From Chthonomonadaceae bacterium (GTDB lineage: Bacteria; Armatimonadota; Chthonomonadetes; Chthonomonadales; Chthonomonadaceae): DNA of 20,630 bases. Shown in pieces: positions 16,266-20,630 of this stretch (positions are counted from its first letter, which is position 1; every line of letters begins with the position of its first letter). The notes below the pieces were generated by a model. It was not told the DNA's origin. It did no database searches and was given only the letters and a program-made list of their open reading frames with translations. The DNA is taken from the NCBI GenBank assembly GCA_035650735.1, contig DASRGZ010000166.1, positions 62,001 through 82,630 on the forward strand, in the 5' to 3' direction. A program made the translations under genes and the position numbers.

Positions 16266-17842
16266 GCTTTCGCGGGAAAATATTCGTCCACGGTGGCGAG
16301 GGCAAAGTCGTCGCCGTGACTGCGCGTCGAGAGAGAGAGCAGCAGGGCGCGGGCCGTATCCAGGCTGGTCAGGCAGGGAACACCCATCTCCACGGAGGCG
16401 CGGCGGATACGCGCGGCCTCCCGCTCGATGCGCTTGTCGCTGGAGAGCGTATTGATCAGCAGATCGATCTGCCCGCTCTTGATAAGGTCTACGATGTTAC
16501 CCTCGCCCTCGTGCAGCTTCTTGACCGTCTGCGCCGGGATGCCTTGCGCCTGCAAATAGCGCGCGGTTCCCCCCGTCGCGAAGATGCGGAAGCCGAGTCT
16601 GGCAAACTCCTGTATGATCGGTACGGCCTCGGCTTTGTCGGCGTCGGCGATGGTGGCGATCATGGTGCCGCCCGTGGGCACGTCAATGCCGGAGGCGACC
16701 ATCGCCTTGTAGAGGGCGCGCGGATACTCGGTATCCAGCCCCATGATCTCGCCGGTGCTCTTCATCTCCGGCCCGAGGCCGATGTCCACCTGCGTCAGCT
16801 TGGCGAAGGAGAAGACGGGCGCTTTGACGGCGATGCTCTCCTGGTTCGGGTAGAGGCCGGACTTGTAGCCCTGCTCCCGCAGGCCCTTGCCCAGCATCAC
16901 GTGCGTGGCGGCTTTGACCATCGGAATGCCGGTGATCTTGCTCAGATAAGGCACGGTGCGCGAGGCGCGCGGATTGACCTCCAGCACCTGCGCGGTATCG
17001 GTCTCCTTATCAACGACGAATTGGATGTTCATCAGGCCGCGCACTTCCAGGCGGCGGGCCAGCAGCGTAGCGGTGCGCACGATCTGATCGATGACGGAGT
17101 CCGAGAGGGATTGCGGCGGATAGACGGCCATGCTATCGCCCGAATGGACACCGGCCCGCTCGATATGCTCCATGATGCCAGGCAGCAGGCAGTCCTCGCC
17201 GTCGCCGATCACATCCACTTCGACTTCCTTGCCGAGGATATACTTATCCACCAGGATCGGGGCTTTGGGCGAGACGTCCACAGCGTAGGCCATGTAGCGT
17301 TGCAGCTCCTCATGGCTGTAGACGATCTCCATCGCGCGCCCGCCGAGCACATAGGAGGGCCGCACGAGCACGGGATAGCCGATCTCTTCCGCAACTTGCA
17401 GTGCGGCGTCCGTGCTGGTCACCGCCCGCCCCGGCGGTTTCGGGATGCCCAGCTCACGCAGCACCTTCTCAAAGCGGTCGCGATCCTCAGCCAGGTCAAT
17501 GGACTCGTAGGAGCTGCCGAATATCTTTACGCCTGCCTCATGCAGCGGTCTGGCGAGATTGATGGCCGTCTGTCCGCCGAATTGCACGATAACGCCCTCC
17601 GGCTGCTCGCGGTCGAGAATGTTGAGCACGTCCTCAGCGGTCAGCGGCTCGAAGAAGAGGCGGTCGGAGGTGTCGAAGTCGGTAGAGACCGTTTCCGGGT
17701 TATTGTTGATGATCAGGGCGTCGTAGCCGGCCTCGCGCAACGCCCAGACGCAATGCACCGAGCAATAGTCGAACTCGATTCCTTGCCCGATGCGTATCGG
17801 CCCCGACCCGATAACGACGATTTTCTTGCGATTCTCCCTCAA
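16262..17842 (-). CDS. carB: Carbamoyl-phosphate synthase large subunit, C-terminal half only (ATP-grasp 2 + MGS-like domain), ~526 aa
   Basis: [89 protein letters not shown] start at 17842 with GGAG 8 nt upstream. Confidence 0.88.
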   Translation of the reverse strand: MRENRKKIVVIGSGPIRIGQGIEFDYCSVHCVWALREAGYDALIINNNPETVSTDFDTSDRLFFEPLTAEDVLNILDREQPEGVIVQFGGQTAINLARPLHEAGVKIFGSSYESIDLAEDRDRFEKVLRELGIPKPPGRAVTSTDAALQVAEEIGYPVLVRPSYVLGGRAMEIVYSHEELQRYMAYAVDVSPKAPILVDKYILGKEVEVDVIGDGEDCLLPGIMEHIERAGVHSGDSMAVYPPQSLSDSVIDQIVRTATLLARRLEVRGLMNIQFVVDKETDTAQVLEVNPRASRTVPYLSKITGIPMVKAATHVMLGKGLREQGYKSGLYPNQESIAVKAPVFSFAKLTQVDIGLGPEMKSTGEIMGLDTEYPRALYKAMVASGIDVPTGGTMIATIADADKAEAVPIIQEFARLGFRIFATGGTARYLQAQGIPAQTVKKLHEGEGNIVDLIKSGQIDLLINTLSSDKRIEREAARIRRASVEMGVPCLTSLDTARALLLSLSTRSHGDDFALATVDEYFPAKA

Positions 17843-17889
17843 AAGCTTTTCTCCGTTCCATAGATACAAACCAGTTAAAGCTCTATTAG

Positions 17890-17965
17890 GCCGGGTACTT
17901 TCAGTGCCCGGCAAGCGCGCCGAGGTTGAAAACCCCGTCCTTGCCGGGCACTGAAAGTACCCGGC
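17890..17965. repeat. Inverted pair of REP-like palindromes (perfect 26-bp inverted repeat)
   Basis: GCCGGGTAC-TTTCA-GTGCCCGGCAAG (17890-17915) and its exact reverse complement (17940-17965). Confidence 0.92.
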
Positions 17966-18025
17966 TTGGGGGCCTTCGGCCAAGCGTCCTCGCGGACGGG
18001 TCAGATAGTCAGGCCGTTCCCTACC

Positions 18026-18454
18026 TTAATCAGCCTCTTCGCCGGTGTCTTCTAAGGAGGCCCAGGTTGAGCCTTGCGCATGATGCTGTTTTTGATTTTC
18101 AATATAGGCTATCACCATCTTGATATGGGGACGGCAAACGCTAAAAGCAGCGTAGCCTTCCTGCCAGCGAAACGCGCCCGTCTGGTTTCTTAAGTCGTTG
18201 AGGAAAGCGGAGGAGACGCCTTTTATCTGCTGCATCAGCTTTGCCGCCGAAACCTTGGCAGGTAGTTTGACCGCCAGAGGAACATGATCAGGCATCCCGC
18301 CAATAGCCAGCACCTGACAATCCAGCCGCCTGGCCTCCTGTTCGATACAGCGGTAGACCTCCCGTTCACTCTCCGGCGTTAGGAGAAGCTGCCGTCCGCG
18401 CGTTGCCCAGACAAAATGGAGATAGATTTCGGCCTTGCTGGATTGCCGCTGCAT
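18026..18454 (-). mobile_element. HUH/Y1 transposase (IS200/IS605 TnpA or REP-associated RAYT type), 142 aa, HUH motif mutated
   Basis: YLHFVWAT, GGMPDHVP (expected DHVH), IKGVSS, WQEGY, YIENQ..HH; ATG 18454 with GGGAG SD; flanked by REP-like hairpins. Confidence 0.88.
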
Positions 18455-18503
18455 GTTGTCTCCCGAATATTCCGTCTGTGTAGGATGCTCGCAGCCTTTA
18501 AGC

Positions 18504-18602
18504 TTTGCCGTCCTACTGGACGGCAAACCTGGCGTGGCAGGACCGTCCGCCAGGACAATTGGCCGTTAGGCCCTTGAGACGGGTACTTTCAGTACCCGTC
18601 TC
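18504..18602. repeat. REP-like hairpins upstream of the transposase
   Basis: TTTGCCGTCC-TACT-GGACGGCAAA (18504-18527; related CGTCC-TCGC-GGACG at 17985-17998) and GAGACGGGTAC-TTTCA-GTACCCGTCTC (18576-18602). Confidence 0.85.
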
Positions 18603-18613
18603 CGGCTCTCCCC

Positions 18614-19594
18614 TTACTGCGCCCGCAGCGAGATCACTTCCTGGACCGCCTGCTCCACGGCGTAGGTCTGCTGGTTCATCTGGGCAACCGTCTCGGCGAT
18701 CTCCTCGGCGGCCAGCGCCGCCTGCGGTTCCGGGCTGACCTGCATACGCGCCAGCGCGGATTGAGCCGAAGCCAGCGTGTGGATGATCGCCTCCTGCTGC
18801 ACGTTGAGCCGCTCCAGGCCCTGCTGGAGGGCGCGGGCGTTCTCCAGGCGCGCCGCGCACATCTGCAAGCTCTGCTGGAGCGACTGGCGCGTCACGTTGT
18901 CGGTGGCCTCATCCAGGCGGCGGCCCAGTGCGCCGTACTCTTCCTCTAATTCCTTGACCACGTTCGCGCCGAGCAGCGGCAGCAGGCTCTGGCGGCGCGT
19001 CTCCAGTTGGCGGCTGCTCTCCAGCAGGTCGTTGAGTTGCCGCAGGGTCTCGCGCACGGTCTGTTCCGCCTCCGGCGTGGCGTCCATACGGGCCAGCAGT
19101 AGCAGGGTATCACAGTAAACTCGTTCGGCGCGGGTAAGTCGGAGCAGCGGAAAGACGGCGCGCATCTCCTCCAGGCGCACCTCCTCGCGCAAGCGCGCCT
19201 TTTGAGTGGCCCGATGCGACCAGCGGACGCCCGATGTCAGCCCCGCCGCGAAGGTCACCAGGCCAGAGAGTACGCCCGCCTCCACCGAAACGGCGGACAG
19301 CATTCCGCCGATGGCAGCGCCGCCGCAGATCGGCCCGAACACGGTCGCGACTATGCGTGCGCTGAACTGCTCCTCCCGCTTCTTGCGGAGCTCAAAGGCG
19401 CGGCGCTCGTCCTCGGTCGGCTCGCGCTTGCGCCGCACCTGCAAGCCGCCCGCGTGGAACTGCCAGTTGAACGGGAAAAAGCCGCCCCAGTGGATGTCCT
19501 CCTGCAAGAACTCTTTGAGCGGCGCGCAAAGGCGGTCTTCGAGCGCCTGCGCTATCTGAGGGTCTATGTCGCTCAATCCGATCCGCATCGCCAT
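18614..19594 (-). CDS. Hypothetical membrane protein with a long C-terminal coiled coil
   Basis: 326-aa ORF with host-like codon usage; two Gly/Ala-rich hydrophobic segments followed by L/E/Q/R-rich helices. Confidence 0.7.
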   Translation of the reverse strand: MAMRIGLSDIDPQIAQALEDRLCAPLKEFLQEDIHWGGFFPFNWQFHAGGLQVRRKREPTEDERRAFELRKKREEQFSARIVATVFGPICGGAAIGGMLSAVSVEAGVLSGLVTFAAGLTSGVRWSHRATQKARLREEVRLEEMRAVFPLLRLTRAERVYCDTLLLLARMDATPEAEQTVRETLRQLNDLLESSRQLETRRQSLLPLLGANVVKELEEEYGALGRRLDEATDNVTRQSLQQSLQMCAARLENARALQQGLERLNVQQEAIIHTLASAQSALARMQVSPEPQAALAAEEIAETVAQMNQQTYAVEQAVQEVISLRAQ

Positions 19595-19664
19595 ACCCCA
19601 GGGGAAAAGGAGATTGTGCCTTTCCCTATTTGCGCGCCCACAAAAGTAGGGTGTCGGCTTATCC

Positions 19665-20468
19665 CTATTTGCGCCCCCATACCTGCGTCATCTGCGCCAT
19701 GCCGAACAGCCTCTCCTCGCCAACGGTCAGGGCGGCCATCTCCGCGACCAGCGCATCAATCTCCGCCTGCGTCGCCAGTCCCGCCGCGATCAGGGCCGGC
19801 GCGCTCTCGGCCAGCGTCCACTCCGGCAGCCGCCTGGCGTCCCCCCGCACAAACGCCGGCTGCGCCAGTGCCGCCTCCACATCCCGAAAGCCCGCCGATC
19901 TTACTATACCATAGAGCTTCCGACCGATCTGAAAATCTGCGCCGTGCCGCTCCCCAAGCTGCCGGTAGAGCTCAAAACAGCGGTCAAAGGCGGCAGAGGG
20001 CGGATAGCAGAAGGGCGAGGTAAAATCGCCGTCCTCCACCGCCAGGATGCCGCCCGGTTTCAGCAGGGCGCGCATCTCCGCGATGGCCTGGTCAGGACGC
20101 TGAATGTGCATAAGCATGAAGCGGCTGAACACCAGATCGAACGACTCGCGCTCTAACCCGGTGGCATAGGCGCTGGCGTTGACAAACCGGGCGTTGCTGT
20201 GTCCCGATTCTGCTGCCAACTTCCGCGCCTGCTCTATCTGCCCCGCGCTCACGTCCAGGCCGACAACCGCGCCTTCCGGCCCGACCTGCTCGGCCAGCCA
20301 GCAGGAGATAATCCCCGCGCCGCAGCCGATGTCGGCCACGCGCATCCCCGCCGCCAGGCCCGCCCGCCGCAGGAACGCCTCCGTGTCCGGGCCATGCACG
20401 CTGTGGACCACCCTCAGCCTGTCGGCACCCTCCTCCCCCGTTGCCAGTACGTAGCGCTCACTCATCAT
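19665..20468 (-). CDS. Class I SAM-dependent methyltransferase
   Basis: VADIGCGAG motif I, VVGLDVS, SFDLVFSRF, LKPGG. Confidence 0.9.
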   Translation of the reverse strand: MMSERYVLATGEEGADRLRVVHSVHGPDTEAFLRRAGLAAGMRVADIGCGAGIISCWLAEQVGPEGAVVGLDVSAGQIEQARKLAAESGHSNARFVNASAYATGLERESFDLVFSRFMLMHIQRPDQAIAEMRALLKPGGILAVEDGDFTSPFCYPPSAAFDRCFELYRQLGERHGADFQIGRKLYGIVRSAGFRDVEAALAQPAFVRGDARRLPEWTLAESAPALIAAGLATQAEIDALVAEMAALTVGEERLFGMAQMTQVWGRK

Positions 20469-20477
20469 TTTGATTTC

Positions 20478-20630
20478 ACCACCCGCTAACGCTAGAGGCA
20501 CGGAGACACGGAGGAGTCACGGAGAAAAACAAAGAGAAAAGCCCAGATTATTTAGACAGGATGGACAGGATTTTCAGGATTACACAAAGGTAGAGAAACA
20601 AGGCTTATCTGTGAGGTTGAAATCCAGTTC
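20478..20630. repeat. Second copy of palindromic repeat family C (truncated by the window end)
   Basis: ACCACCCGCTAACGCTAGAGGCACGGAGACACGGAGG...TTTTAGACAGGAT...AAATCCAGTT matches both arms of 13544-14026. Confidence 0.88.

Noticed and set aside
15183..17863. Long plus-strand ORFs (378 aa and 579 aa), and similar antisense ORFs over pdhA, pdhC and the methyltransferase
   Set aside because: Antisense shadows of well-supported genes, expected in GC-rich DNA; no motifs.
17843..17983. N-terminal extension of the CarB half in the ORF track
   Set aside because: It translates the REP palindromes (GTESTR recurs in other REP-overlapping ORFs) and has no CarB similarity.

Overview
GC-rich bacterial chromosomal window; the taxon cannot be fixed from the sequence alone. 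Core genes: 5'-truncated mfd; a pdhA-pdhB-pdhC-type 2-oxoacid dehydrogenase cluster without E3; an Amidase_2 gene divergent from a DeoR regulator-glmS operon; a stand-alone C-terminal half of CarB coupled to a membrane vWA protein; a membrane coiled-coil protein; and a SAM methyltransferase. Accessory elements: (1) an unannotated candidate type I toxin-antitoxin-like locus between mfd and pdhA, made of a 38-aa hydrophobic/basic peptide gene and a separately promoted ~130-nt structured RNA downstream on the same strand whose 5' end is complementary to the peptide's RBS and start codon; (2) a lower-GC islet with a DUF4268-like nuclease and a doubly inactivated PIN toxin-antitoxin pair; (3) an 82-bp IS1-like MITE present twice, once in the antitoxin with an 8-bp TSD and once as part of a composite MITE nested in a long palindromic repeat; (4) a REP-flanked HUH (RAYT/IS200-like) transposase with a broken HUH motif; (5) several distinct palindromic repeat families filling intergenic spaces. 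Family assignments rest on motifs read by eye; no searches or folding programs were run.
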